Positions 33,931-43,988 are shown, numbered from the stretch's first letter. The stretch: DNA of 64,000 nt from a virus (IMGVR_UViG_3300045988_173642:1-64000), one strand, 5' to 3'. Translations and numbers: made by a program. Notes: a model not told the origin generated them from the letters alone.

Positions 33931-34431
33931 ATGAAATACATACAACTGATTGAACAGGCAAAAACACATGGTGTGACATCGGAAAAGAAAATGTGGAACG
34001 CAATGGAGAAGATGTCGTGCGACCTCTCCTTGCTGGAAGAGGAAAAACCAGCGCTCTACTGGCGCATCATGCGCAACCAACACGCCGTGCTCTACGACCG
34101 CCACTATAGTGAGAAATTCGCCAACCACGATGTCAACCGCCTTGTCTACAGTAAAACAGACGAGAACGGGGAACCGGCAGGATATGGCGCCCACTGGACA
34201 CGTGCGCAGATCATCGACGCGACCAAGGGCATGAAGTTTCACCAGAAGGTCAACGACTGGGACAAATATGTCGCTTTCAACGCCATGTATGCCGACCTTT
34301 CGGCAAAGATGACCGACGAGGAGATCATCAAAGCTGCTTATCTGTTTTACTTCTGCGATGCCGACTGGCAACCGGAAGACGACAACTGCACGAAAATCTG
34401 GGATTATACGGCGATGCACGCCAATATGTAG
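33931..34431 (+). CDS. hypothetical phage protein
   Basis: 166-aa ORF followed by a hairpin plus T run. Confidence 0.5.
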   Translation: MKYIQLIEQAKTHGVTSEKKMWNAMEKMSCDLSLLEEEKPALYWRIMRNQHAVLYDRHYSEKFANHDVNRLVYSKTDENGEPAGYGAHWTRAQIIDATKGMKFHQKVNDWDKYVAFNAMYADLSAKMTDEEIIKAAYLFYFCDADWQPEDDNCTKIWDYTAMHANM

Positions 34432-34458
34432 CTCGCTGAATTTCAACGAATAAGAACA

Positions 34459-34507
34459 GAAAGCCCCCTTGCGAAATGAAAACAAAACGTAAAGGGGCTT
34501 TCTTTTG
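34459..34507 (+). terminator. terminator-like hairpin
   Basis: GAAAGCCCC (34459-34467) and GGGGCTTTC (34494-34502) are followed by TTTT. The loop is long. Confidence 0.45.
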
Positions 34508-34615
34508 ATGAAAAAATCTGAAAACTAATACGTTTATAAGATATTCTAATCAAAAACGCATCTCGGATAAGATAATCTTTTCTAACTTCGCTATCCTCAA
34601 AAACCACTTGAAAAC

Positions 34616-35521
34616 ATGGAATTACGTCATCTACGCTCTTTCGTCAGTGTCGCCGAAACGCTTTCTTTTTCTTTGGCAGCCATGCGATGTTTTGTCACTC
34701 AGTCGGCCATCAGTCAACACATCAAAGCGCTGGAAGACAAACTTGGCTGCAAACTATTTATTCGCTCTTCACACGAAATCACACTAACGGAAAGCGGAGC
34801 GGCCTTGTTGCCGCGTGCAAAAGAGATTCTCAAACAAGCTGAAGACTGCAAGGAACACATTAACGCCATCAACAACTGCATGAAGGGTGAGCTGCGCATC
34901 GGCGTTGGCTCGTTTATCGCACCATACATCCGCGAGGCAGCACTCCGCTTCATGGAGCGATACCCTAACGTGCGGCTGAATGCGGAACTTACCAAGGCAA
35001 CCAGTCTCAACCGCTTGCTGAAGGAACACACCATCGACCTGGCATTCACGATGAACACGGCCTACCAGGATGAAGGCATTGAAACACAACCTTGCATCCC
35101 CTTCCATATCTACACCGTCATGCGAAACACGCATCCGCTGACGCGCCTGCCGAAGGTGACGTATGAGGATTTGTTGAAGCATAGCGTGATTATGCCAGAT
35201 GTAGGTGACCGCTTGTTCAACACTTTTCAACAATACCTGCAACACGACCTGACGAAACTAAATGTCAAGTGCATCGTCAGTGACCCAGACGAAGACTTGG
35301 CCATTGTGGAACAAACGTCCTACATTACCTTCATGTCGAAACTCTACATGAAGCAACATCCAACGTTGGCGGCACGCCCTATCGTTGGCCTGGAACACGA
35401 ATTAATGAGCAACGCGCATTGGATGCAAGATGTGCCAATGAAACGCTCAGCACAAATTTTTCTTGACATCATCCGACAGGAGGTGGTGCCCTACATTAAA
35501 GAACTGGAAAAACTCTACTGA
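34616..35521 (+). CDS. LysR-family transcriptional regulator
   Basis: The N-terminal wHTH string LRHLRSFVSVAETLSFSLAAMRCFVTQSAISQHIKALEDKLGCKLF is typical of LTTRs, as is the 301-aa length. Confidence 0.85.
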   Translation: MELRHLRSFVSVAETLSFSLAAMRCFVTQSAISQHIKALEDKLGCKLFIRSSHEITLTESGAALLPRAKEILKQAEDCKEHINAINNCMKGELRIGVGSFIAPYIREAALRFMERYPNVRLNAELTKATSLNRLLKEHTIDLAFTMNTAYQDEGIETQPCIPFHIYTVMRNTHPLTRLPKVTYEDLLKHSVIMPDVGDRLFNTFQQYLQHDLTKLNVKCIVSDPDEDLAIVEQTSYITFMSKLYMKQHPTLAARPIVGLEHELMSNAHWMQDVPMKRSAQIFLDIIRQEVVPYIKELEKLY

Positions 35522-36320
35522 GTCTTCTACCAAAACCGAAAAAAAGAACAATTTCCAAATATCCAACTTATCTCATGCAGCTGCACGCCGATGGGCAAAA
35601 GTTCAACTTTGAACTTCTGACCTGTCGGCGTGCGCATTTTTGGACTTTTCGTCTGGAAATCTGAAAAAACGCCGATACAACACAAAACCAAAAGTTCAAA
35701 ACAGATACAAAAGTCCATAAGAAATCCATACTGTGTTCCCTATTTGTCTGTTGATTAATTTGCCTTTTCTTATTGAAACACAATTACTTATCATTCAAAA
35801 GTTCAAAAAAATTATTTTTTCATTAAACCTATACGTGAGAGAAATACATTTTATAAAATAGAAATTCATGAAATACAGTGATTTTATAGCTATTTTTTTG
35901 TGCCATCAATTTGCCTTTTCAAATATCGCTAATACATTGAAAGTCTTTAGTTTACAACAACGTTGTAGATGCTACCTACTACAATGTTGGGGTTCGGGGA
36001 TTTCGATTCCGGTAAAATTAAAAAATACGGCAAAATTTTTATATAGTATTAGGTGATTTCAGTGCATTTTTGGACTTTTAATAGACATGGAATACTGAAA
36101 GCCCACAAAATCAATTAGTTAGAAAAGTTCGTAAAATTGGACAAAGTCCAAACCAGAAATGGACCACAACGGACAGGAGAAAACAAAAAAACGGGGCGCA
36201 ACATCGCTGAAAGATGGCGGCCCGCTTCAAACGAAAGTGCGGCGTTGTTGCGAAATAGAACAAAATACGGGAAGGAGGCGGTTGACCAAGAATGCCGAAG
36301 CCGCTCATCATCAATGCTGC
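35522..36320. other. ORF-poor AT-rich region with iteron-like TGGACTTTT repeats
   Basis: The string gcatttttggactttt occurs at 35632-35647 and 36064-36079. An inverted aaaagtcca lies near 35709, and the palindrome ttggacaaagtccaa lies at about 36136-36150. No convincing ORF is present. Confidence 0.5.
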
Positions 36321-36349
36321 TGAACACAGAAAGAGCGGCAATGCCGCTC
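36321..36349 (-). terminator. terminator after the tape measure gene
   Basis: On the minus strand, GAGCGGC AUU GCCGCUC is followed by UUUCUGUGUU. Confidence 0.55.
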
Positions 36350-36399
36350 ATAAGAGTGACACTGCCGCTCACATGGGTTACTGCTGCTGCTCATAAGCG

Positions 36400-39300
36400 T
36401 CACGACTTGCCCTTCATGAATTTTGTTGCCTTGTTCATGCTGTCGTAGAGGTTGCCGTGGCCGAACATATCAATCTTGGCGGGGATTGGTTCGCTCAGGC
36501 GTTTCAAGAGCGCGTTTGCGGCCTGCAAAAGTGCGGCGTTGGCTGCAACATTGCTCGCCATCAAATCATCCGACAGAGAAACGCCAGAGAGCTGAGTGGC
36601 GGAATCCGCCACATTGCCGCCGTCAAAGACACGGCGGACACTTCGCCCAGAATAATTGCGGTCGAAGTTGACAAGCGCCTTCAACAGTTGCGGACTATTC
36701 AGCATCATGGCGCGTGTCGTTTCGCGGCCGATAACGATTTCTGGTCCATTCTCGGCAACGAGCGAGGGTTGGCCGTTGATGATGGTTGCCGTTGGCGTTG
36801 TCAGTAAGTTCACGCCGCCATGCCGCGCGTTGTCTTCCCGTGCCATGAAAATTTCTCCGGTGTCGGCCACGTATGGCCGCAATTCTTGAACGTTTCCGGA
36901 ATCGTAAGTCAGCATTCCGGACGTCACCTTGAATTTGTTGGAGTTGGTATCTGCGGCCTTATTGCCTCCAAAGGCACTCGACAAAGCACCCTTAGCCATC
37001 GACAGAAGACCTCCGAGCACTGCACTGATGACGGCAATAAGCGGAATGCCCCACCAACCGAGTTTACCGATAGTCTTGGCAGAACCTTCAGCAATGCCAG
37101 CGGCCGTTCCGACACTGGCACTTGCAACAGAGGTGTTGGCGTCTTCGATGGCTTGCGCCTTCTTCGTGGCAGACAGTTCAACTTCTGACTCCGCCATCAA
37201 CGTGTTGTAGAGCTTTGTCATCACGAACTGTGTGAGTTTTTGTTTTACATATTCGCCCGTGAGGTCGATGAAGGAATTTATCATGTCGCGCGTAGCTTGC
37301 TTTACCGATTTGCTCTCGTCGGTCAGTGCTTCGCCCAAGGCTGTGCCATATTGTTCAATTGGCTTATACCATTTTATCTGCGCTTCGGCCGTTGCCTTCG
37401 CTTTGGCTGCCACGGCATCCATCAAGGAACTATTGAGTTCTGCGACGCGCGCCGCAGCGGCCATGCGGTCTTCGTCGCTGCCTTTGTGGTCTTCAATAAA
37501 ACGATAATACTCCTTCGCCTGGTTAAGTTTCAATTTCAGCAATTCAAGTTCAGGGTCGGTGCCCTTGCTCTGGCCCCACGGCAAAACGATGTCAGCATTT
37601 GCGCCGAAAGAATAGCGACGAGCACTCTCCTTGTTTGTTTCCTCTTTCGCGTCGATAGCTGCCGTCCATTGTTTATTTTCGTCTGACTTATTCCACCGAT
37701 ATTCATTCAATTTCTTTCGCTCTTGGTCATTCTTCTTCAGCGCAGCAGTATAATCTTCATCATACTTAATGAGCCGTTCGTAAAACAGTTTCCAGGCCTC
37801 TGTGTCATCGCCGAGCGTCTGCTTAATGCGGTTGCCGAAACCATCTGCGTCATCGCCAAAAAGCAGATATATGAGCGAAAGACGGCCTTTCACGCTGCTC
37901 ACATCTATCGAGAGCACCTTCACAATTTCGCGCCGTGCCTGCTCATACATGTCTAAAATCAAGTCCTTGCGCTTATTAAACGCCTGGCGGCCTGCTGCGT
38001 CGTCTTGATTCTCCAGCTCATTCAGATTGGCGAACCCGAAGCTATTAAACGCGCCATACGCTCCGCTCTTCACTGCATTCGTGAAGTCAAGTGAAAGAAT
38101 CTCCTTCTGTCGCGCCTGTTGTTGCTGTGCCGCTAACGTCAAATTGTCTTTCGCATTCTTGGTAGCTTTTTTGAAAATTTCAGCCATTACAGAGTGCAGA
38201 GGGATGCCGAGTTCCTGAGATAACTTGCCGATTTTCTTTCGCAAGGCTTCAACGTCATTATTCATAATGCTCTCCAGCAGTTCCTCAGAAAGATTCACCC
38301 CCGCAGCATCTTCCTGCTCCAACATCTGCTTCCTCAAAGATTGCTTTAGAGCCTCCCAAACGTTCGCCTTTCCGGCGATAGCCAACCGAGCCTGCTCGAG
38401 AGCCTTGTTTTCCGCCGCCTTCAGTGGAGCAACATACAACGCCTGCTCCTCCTTGTCCATACCGCGAGCAATAGCTTCTTCGAGCTTAACATTGATTTGC
38501 CGCTCGAAAAAATTAGTAACATTATCCAACAAGGCGTTGGCGTCCGCCTGTGCCTGTTTTAATTCGTCGCGCCGCGACTTTATTCGTTCGCGACGTTCCC
38601 GTGCCAAACGCTTTTCCCTTTCTTCTTCTGTTTCTCCGTCAGACAAAGTACCGAGGTCGTCAATGGGAGGTTCGTAATTGCCAATCCAGGGTTTGAAAAC
38701 GGCATCGATTTCTGACATTGATTTGACAAGTCTATTGCCGCTATTACGATACCAATTAAGAGCCCTCCATAGTCCTGTATCGCCGTAAGTGATAATCCCA
38801 GGGATGCGTCCATTTGGACCATAGCTTACAATGTTATAATCTCCACCAACTTTCCAGTTTAAACCCTTTTCTAACTTACGACTTGTCGCTCCTTTTATGA
38901 ATTTGCCAGACATTGGATGCTTTCCGCTATTTATGGCTTCTCGAACAAGCCCCAAATAGATGTCCCACACATTCTTTCCATCCTCAATGTCATCGATTAT
39001 AGCGTCATAAGAATCCACCGAAAACCACGGGGTTTTCTGCAAATACCGACGAAGATTAATTGCAGCCCCCTGCTTGTCTCTACGTCTCTCCTCCCCTACT
39101 TCTTCTACCGCCTTCTGCTTGAAACGATAATAAGTTGCCTGGGAAATCGACGTCGACAACTTGTCATAATACTTACGCAAATCGTCAACAGTCTTGATTT
39201 CAATGCCGAGGTTTGTAAGATATTGTCGATATTCCGAATTGATGCGGCGAATGAGTTTCTGCTTATTTTCCTGCGACACGTTGGCATCATCCAAGCGCTT

Positions 39301-41988
39301 TTTGTAGTGATTCAATTTGTCTTGAAGTTTTTCAACCTCCACTGCAGCATCTGTTAACGAGCTCTTCCAAGCATTTGCCTTGCGCTTGGCTTCTTCGGCT
39401 TCCTCCTGAGCCAATTTCTCGGCATTCACAAGCGACATAATCACTTCAACGGCTGTCATCACCAAAGCAATGAAAGCCCCCAGTGCATTGGCCTTGAACG
39501 CATTGTTGAATGCAGTTTGCGCGGCAGTGGCTGCGTTCGTTTCGGTAATCCAGAGGCGAACAAAAAGAGTCACCTGTTTAATGGCAACACCCATATTGCG
39601 AAACAGCGTCACACCACCGATCAAAGCACGAGCAACCAAGAAATTAATCAAAGAAGGAAGTAGATACACCAACGCTTTGATGTTGCCAACCACCAACGAC
39701 AAAGCTCCGCTCAAAGTGCCACGGAACAATGGACTATTAAGCATTTCGTTGGACATGTCATACCACACTTGTGCCAACTGCTTAACCATTTCAACACCTT
39801 CTGTTGACACAAACGCCTTCTCCCAAAGGTTATTGGCGCGATCAAGGATGCCAACAGCACTCGTCTGCTGCATCTCGTATTCATTTGTCACCGCTGTCGC
39901 TTCCTCAAAAGCCGTTTCTGCCTCATAGAGATGGTCTTTCAGCAGGTCAACGTTTTTCGACATTGTAATCATCGTCGTTATCAAGCGCTGACCATCCGAA
40001 CCAAGGTCCTTAAAGATGTCGCCCAGCACGCTCATGTTGCCCTTGTCGCGCATCTTTTCGAGAACCATCACCATTGCTTCCGCAGTTTTCCGCGATTCAA
40101 ACATCTTGGAAATGATGCCCTGCTGCAAACCAAGGTCGGTTTCTATCTCTTTATGATTACGTTGCAGCGACACGATAAATTTAGAAATGGCCGTGGCGCT
40201 AACTTCTGGCATAAGGAACAGCGCATCTGAGGCCGAGCCAAGAGCCAACAATTGGTCGGCCGTGATGCCAGCCGTGCGCGAGACACCTGTCAATCGTTTA
40301 GCAAATTCAACGATATTACCACTCGTCGCAGTACTCGTTGCCGACAATTTAAACATAGCTGAACCCGTTGCAAGCATTGCTTTTTCGATGCCCATCTTCG
40401 GAATCAGTCCCATTGTCTCCACTAGTTTTGCCAATGAAGGCAAAGACTTTTCACCCATCTCTTCACCGATGGCCACGTTGATTTGGTCGGCAGCACGCAC
40501 GAAACCAGCCAAACCTTCTGAACCATATTTACCCATGCCGAGCTTCGCACCTTCATAAGCCAGTTTTGCCAAGCCCTCCATGTTGGTGCGAGTTTCGATT
40601 TTCGCCAACGATGCCGAAAGTTTGTCAATTTCTCCTGCCGTGAGACCGCTGACCTTTCGGATGTCGGTCAGTGAGCTGGAATACTCAAAGTTCTTCTTAA
40701 TGGCCGACGTAATGACACCTTGCAACATACCGAACACCTGAAAGAGGCCGACGTATGCCGTCAAGTTTTTCAACGCCGTTGACCAAGCACCGCCCTGCTT
40801 TTTTGCCGAGCCCGTCACCTTGTCGATGTCGGCTTTAATTCGCTGCATGTTTTTCTGCGTCTCTACAAACTTCTTACTGCGGATGTTCACCTGCTTTAGT
40901 TTCTCTTCCAATTGCTTGTAAGCCTGGCGCAGTTCTTCGAGCGATGCTTTCCCGTTTTTGCTGCGGGCAATAATATCGTTGAGTTGCGTCTGCGTCAGTC
41001 GCGTGCCCTTCAACGTCTGCTCCAACATCGCATACTGCTTGCGAAGGGCAGCAACGGCATTAGAGCCTGCCGGCAATTGCTGAATTTTCTGTGCAATCAC
41101 CTCCATCGTACGCTTGATGTCCTCACCAGATGCCTTGTTAGGCTCAGACAATACCTGACGCATCTGTTTCCAGCTAATGGTGGCTTCACGTGCCTTGCCA
41201 GACACCGCCTCCAGGCGCTCTTCCACCTGCGCCAACAACTCGTTGTATTTTTGGATGGCTTGCGTATCAGTCACCGACGTGTTGTCACGCGCCGATGTCA
41301 GTGTGGTGCGGGCTCTTCTTAAATCGGAAGCGGTTGTGTCTGGCGCCCCAAGAGCGGCGGCAGACGCATCTGCCTCGCTCATCTTCCCCTTACGGCGGTC
41401 TTCTTCCGCCTCCAACTGCTTCAACGTGGAGAGGTTCGACTGATACGAAGTATCCGTTTTCTGCAGCGAACCGACAAGGTCGCGCTGCTGTTTGATGGCC
41501 TTGTCGAGCCATTGGTCGGACTGAACGTATATGTTTTTCAACCCTTCCTCAATTTTCACATACTGACCTTCAATAAGTCGAATCTCGTCGCCCACCTGCT
41601 TCATCTTCTTACGAATTTCCTCAGCACGCTTCAAGTCCGCTTCCGACCCTGTGAGTTTCGCCAATTCCGCCTTTCCAGAACCAAGGGCCCGACGGAGGTC
41701 GCGAAGTTTCGTGTTGGTCAAATCCTCCACCACCTCACTAAGCCGCTTCGTATCGTTGATGTTGTCGCGCTGCACCTGAGACAGCGCCTTCAACGTGCTC
41801 TCTGCTTTCTTGCAGGCCGCAGAGTTGGCCTCACCGGCCGCCGTCATCTTCTGTATATCGGCGGTGTATTTCTCGACGAGTCGGTCAATCTCCTCCAACA
41901 CCTGCTTGGCGGTTGCGGCATTGGCGGTGATGACCACTTTTGCTAATTTTTCTGTTGCCATGTCTATATAATATTGTTTTTGAATCAT
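36400..41988 (-). CDS. tail tape measure protein
   Basis: 1862-aa uninterrupted ORF. It has long coiled-coil N- and C-terminal parts and hydrophobic central segments, and it is preceded by a chaperone-type ORF pair. Confidence 0.85.
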   Translation of the reverse strand: MIQKQYYIDMATEKLAKVVITANAATAKQVLEEIDRLVEKYTADIQKMTAAGEANSAACKKAESTLKALSQVQRDNINDTKRLSEVVEDLTNTKLRDLRRALGSGKAELAKLTGSEADLKRAEEIRKKMKQVGDEIRLIEGQYVKIEEGLKNIYVQSDQWLDKAIKQQRDLVGSLQKTDTSYQSNLSTLKQLEAEEDRRKGKMSEADASAAALGAPDTTASDLRRARTTLTSARDNTSVTDTQAIQKYNELLAQVEERLEAVSGKAREATISWKQMRQVLSEPNKASGEDIKRTMEVIAQKIQQLPAGSNAVAALRKQYAMLEQTLKGTRLTQTQLNDIIARSKNGKASLEELRQAYKQLEEKLKQVNIRSKKFVETQKNMQRIKADIDKVTGSAKKQGGAWSTALKNLTAYVGLFQVFGMLQGVITSAIKKNFEYSSSLTDIRKVSGLTAGEIDKLSASLAKIETRTNMEGLAKLAYEGAKLGMGKYGSEGLAGFVRAADQINVAIGEEMGEKSLPSLAKLVETMGLIPKMGIEKAMLATGSAMFKLSATSTATSGNIVEFAKRLTGVSRTAGITADQLLALGSASDALFLMPEVSATAISKFIVSLQRNHKEIETDLGLQQGIISKMFESRKTAEAMVMVLEKMRDKGNMSVLGDIFKDLGSDGQRLITTMITMSKNVDLLKDHLYEAETAFEEATAVTNEYEMQQTSAVGILDRANNLWEKAFVSTEGVEMVKQLAQVWYDMSNEMLNSPLFRGTLSGALSLVVGNIKALVYLLPSLINFLVARALIGGVTLFRNMGVAIKQVTLFVRLWITETNAATAAQTAFNNAFKANALGAFIALVMTAVEVIMSLVNAEKLAQEEAEEAKRKANAWKSSLTDAAVEVEKLQDKLNHYKKRLDDANVSQENKQKLIRRINSEYRQYLTNLGIEIKTVDDLRKYYDKLSTSISQATYYRFKQKAVEEVGEERRRDKQGAAINLRRYLQKTPWFSVDSYDAIIDDIEDGKNVWDIYLGLVREAINSGKHPMSGKFIKGATSRKLEKGLNWKVGGDYNIVSYGPNGRIPGIITYGDTGLWRALNWYRNSGNRLVKSMSEIDAVFKPWIGNYEPPIDDLGTLSDGETEEEREKRLARERRERIKSRRDELKQAQADANALLDNVTNFFERQINVKLEEAIARGMDKEEQALYVAPLKAAENKALEQARLAIAGKANVWEALKQSLRKQMLEQEDAAGVNLSEELLESIMNNDVEALRKKIGKLSQELGIPLHSVMAEIFKKATKNAKDNLTLAAQQQQARQKEILSLDFTNAVKSGAYGAFNSFGFANLNELENQDDAAGRQAFNKRKDLILDMYEQARREIVKVLSIDVSSVKGRLSLIYLLFGDDADGFGNRIKQTLGDDTEAWKLFYERLIKYDEDYTAALKKNDQERKKLNEYRWNKSDENKQWTAAIDAKEETNKESARRYSFGANADIVLPWGQSKGTDPELELLKLKLNQAKEYYRFIEDHKGSDEDRMAAAARVAELNSSLMDAVAAKAKATAEAQIKWYKPIEQYGTALGEALTDESKSVKQATRDMINSFIDLTGEYVKQKLTQFVMTKLYNTLMAESEVELSATKKAQAIEDANTSVASASVGTAAGIAEGSAKTIGKLGWWGIPLIAVISAVLGGLLSMAKGALSSAFGGNKAADTNSNKFKVTSGMLTYDSGNVQELRPYVADTGEIFMAREDNARHGGVNLLTTPTATIINGQPSLVAENGPEIVIGRETTRAMMLNSPQLLKALVNFDRNYSGRSVRRVFDGGNVADSATQLSGVSLSDDLMASNVAANAALLQAANALLKRLSEPIPAKIDMFGHGNLYDSMNKATKFMKGKS

Positions 41989-42515
41989 TAGAGCGGAATG
42001 TGAATCTCTGAATCCTCAAAGGCCTTGATGAGCGCCGTTTCGCCACGGAATCCGTAAAAATCCACGAGGTAATTCTGCATGCGCGATTGTAAATGGCGCA
42101 ACTCCATCATAATGGCTGGACGTTGAGAGCGGCCTGCGCCAGTACGCTGCCAAGACTTAACATATCGGCGAGCATAATTCGCCTTTCGCGCACTGTCGAC
42201 GTCGTCGTATTTAGTTCCGAGACCAACGCCCATATCAACGAAGCGCATGTAGTCGTTAAACGTGAACTCATAAGTCCAATTCTCTAGCGTGTCACTCACT
42301 ATTCTTCCACGGAATGAATTAACACCAACGCCTTCGGCATGCCACTGCCCACGGGCGGCACGGGCGGCATTCACAGCCATGAAGCCACTGTAGATTTCTT
42401 TCGGATAGATGCACTGCGTCTGCGTATTGATTTTCAACTGACGCAACACATCGCCAAGATACCATCTGGCGGTGTCTTTAAACTCAAAGGCCGGGTCTTG
42501 AATCGGTTTTGCCAT
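41988..42515 (-). CDS. tail assembly chaperone, T-like ORF
   Basis: 175-aa ORF between the G-like ORF and the tape measure gene. It is reachable by a -1 shift from the upstream ORF and also has its own ATG. Confidence 0.45.
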   Translation of the reverse strand: MAKPIQDPAFEFKDTARWYLGDVLRQLKINTQTQCIYPKEIYSGFMAVNAARAARGQWHAEGVGVNSFRGRIVSDTLENWTYEFTFNDYMRFVDMGVGLGTKYDDVDSARKANYARRYVKSWQRTGAGRSQRPAIMMELRHLQSRMQNYLVDFYGFRGETALIKAFEDSEIHIPL

Positions 42516-42520
42516 AATGA

Positions 42521-43117
42521 CTATTTTTTAGTTGTTTCACCCTCTGTTGGTAGAATATAATTCCCATTCATTCCGCAAGCAAAAGCATAGAGCGGCTTGA
42601 ACGTCTTCCAGTCAACGCCAGCCACCAACCATTGCCCCGTGTAGATTTCTGGCATGATGCCGAATGAGAACGATGCGGGGTCGATGCTGCGCACCTCTAC
42701 CATGAGTTGCGCGTCTTCCGCAAACTTTCGCCCTGTGACGGGACAAACGCCCGTGCGCTTCACTTCCATCAACCAGGAGATGAGTTGCAAGCAATGTTGC
42801 GTGAGGTCGTCGGTGGCCCGCTCTAATTGCGTGCCATTGAAACGGCCCAACGTCTGCGAGGAGTCTTTCAATTTGGATAAGAACCAAACTTGGTGCGACA
42901 CCTCGGCCTTGCGTGCGTCTACAAGTTCACCCGTCGTGACCACGCTTTGCAACATACAAGGCGAATGAAGAATGTTAGCATTACGGGAAAACGTATTTTC
43001 AAGGTCGATATAGCGGATGCGGAAGAAACGTTGGTCTTCCAGGCGCTCGCTCTCTGGATTGTGTGACAAAGGCTTGTAGATACTCGCCCAATGTTCAAGA
43101 ATATTGCTGATTGTCAT
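42521..43117 (-). CDS. tail assembly chaperone, G-like ORF
   Basis: 198-aa ORF ending ...ACT AAA AAA TAG. The call rests on its position two genes upstream of the tape measure gene. Confidence 0.45.
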   Translation of the reverse strand: MTISNILEHWASIYKPLSHNPESERLEDQRFFRIRYIDLENTFSRNANILHSPCMLQSVVTTGELVDARKAEVSHQVWFLSKLKDSSQTLGRFNGTQLERATDDLTQHCLQLISWLMEVKRTGVCPVTGRKFAEDAQLMVEVRSIDPASFSFGIMPEIYTGQWLVAGVDWKTFKPLYAFACGMNGNYILPTEGETTKK

Positions 43118-43275
43118 GATGATTAATTTGGTTGCGTGTCGTTGAAAACAAACGAATGAAAGAATGGATATTTGAATAAACGATTAAACAAACAAACATT
43201 TGAACAGACAAACGTTTATACGAATGAATGTTTGAATAATTGTTGGTTTATATCATTTTTCAGCATCTTCGTGGC

Positions 43276-43848
43276 CTACTCTCCTGCCTTTTCCTCTGCT
43301 TTTTCATCCATCATCTTTTCATCCTTGGCTGATTCATTCTTTTGGTTTTCGTCTTCTTTATTGCCCTCTATCAGTTCTTTCAACTTCATATTGAAATGAC
43401 GTTCCGTCTTATCTGCCACGATTTTCTGCATCACTCGCGCCCATGCCGCCCCGTTGCAAGTGCTCTCGTTTTCGAGGATGGAAACAAACTGTACGGCGCA
43501 ATAAACGGCAGCGAGGTAGTTGGCAAGGTGCAGCTTGTCCATATAGCCAAACAAGCCATCGTCAATGGCCGTTGCCAAAAAGATGGCCATTATAAGCACG
43601 GAGAAGTCCTGCACCATTTTGGCCATTTTCTTCGACCTCAGTTTGCCATCCATTTTACATTTTGGATTTTTCTTGATTTGCTCTCGGAAGCGGGAATAGA
43701 TGCGACGGTTGCAGCGCCATGCCGTGTAGCAATCGAGTACGAGGGCGAAGAAGCACACGGCAATGAAATTAAAACTCGGTTCGATGTAGCACCACACCAC
43801 ACTGATGATGCTGGCCACTACGCGGGCAAGGGAAAAGGTTGTGTTCAT
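43276..43848 (-). CDS. holin (phage_holin_4-like)
   Basis: Has three to four TM segments, a FVSILENES string like the holin family E..SI.EN motif, and a highly charged C-terminal tail. Confidence 0.5.
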   Translation of the reverse strand: MNTTFSLARVVASIISVVWCYIEPSFNFIAVCFFALVLDCYTAWRCNRRIYSRFREQIKKNPKCKMDGKLRSKKMAKMVQDFSVLIMAIFLATAIDDGLFGYMDKLHLANYLAAVYCAVQFVSILENESTCNGAAWARVMQKIVADKTERHFNMKLKELIEGNKEDENQKNESAKDEKMMDEKAEEKAGE

Positions 43849-43988
43849 ATTTTTTTATGTTTTTGTGTTTGACAAAGCAAAAATAGGGAACAAGCATGAG
43901 ATATATCGGACATCCATCCATTGCCGCAATGTCCTGACGGTGCAAGATGAAAATACTAACTTTACGACAAAACCAACAAAAAACGAAC

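Noticed and set aside
35991-36010. The string ggttcggggatttcgattcc, which resembles a tRNA T-arm and so a possible att site or tRNA fragment.
   Set aside because: No complementary T stem, acceptor stem or other cloverleaf element can be drawn around it.
30676-36086. A 14-nt direct repeat, gacttttaatagac (30676-30689 and 36073-36086), considered as att-like ends of an inserted element carrying the primase-like gene, the plus-strand island and LysR.
   Set aside because: Several exact 14-mers are expected by chance in 64 kb of AT-rich sequence. There is no recombinase, and the left copy lies upstream of, not beyond, functionally linked phage genes.
36340-36410. The ~22-nt periodic units considered as a mini CRISPR array.
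   Set aside because: The units are degenerate and directly abutting, with no spacers. They overlap a stop codon and a terminator, and no cas genes are present.
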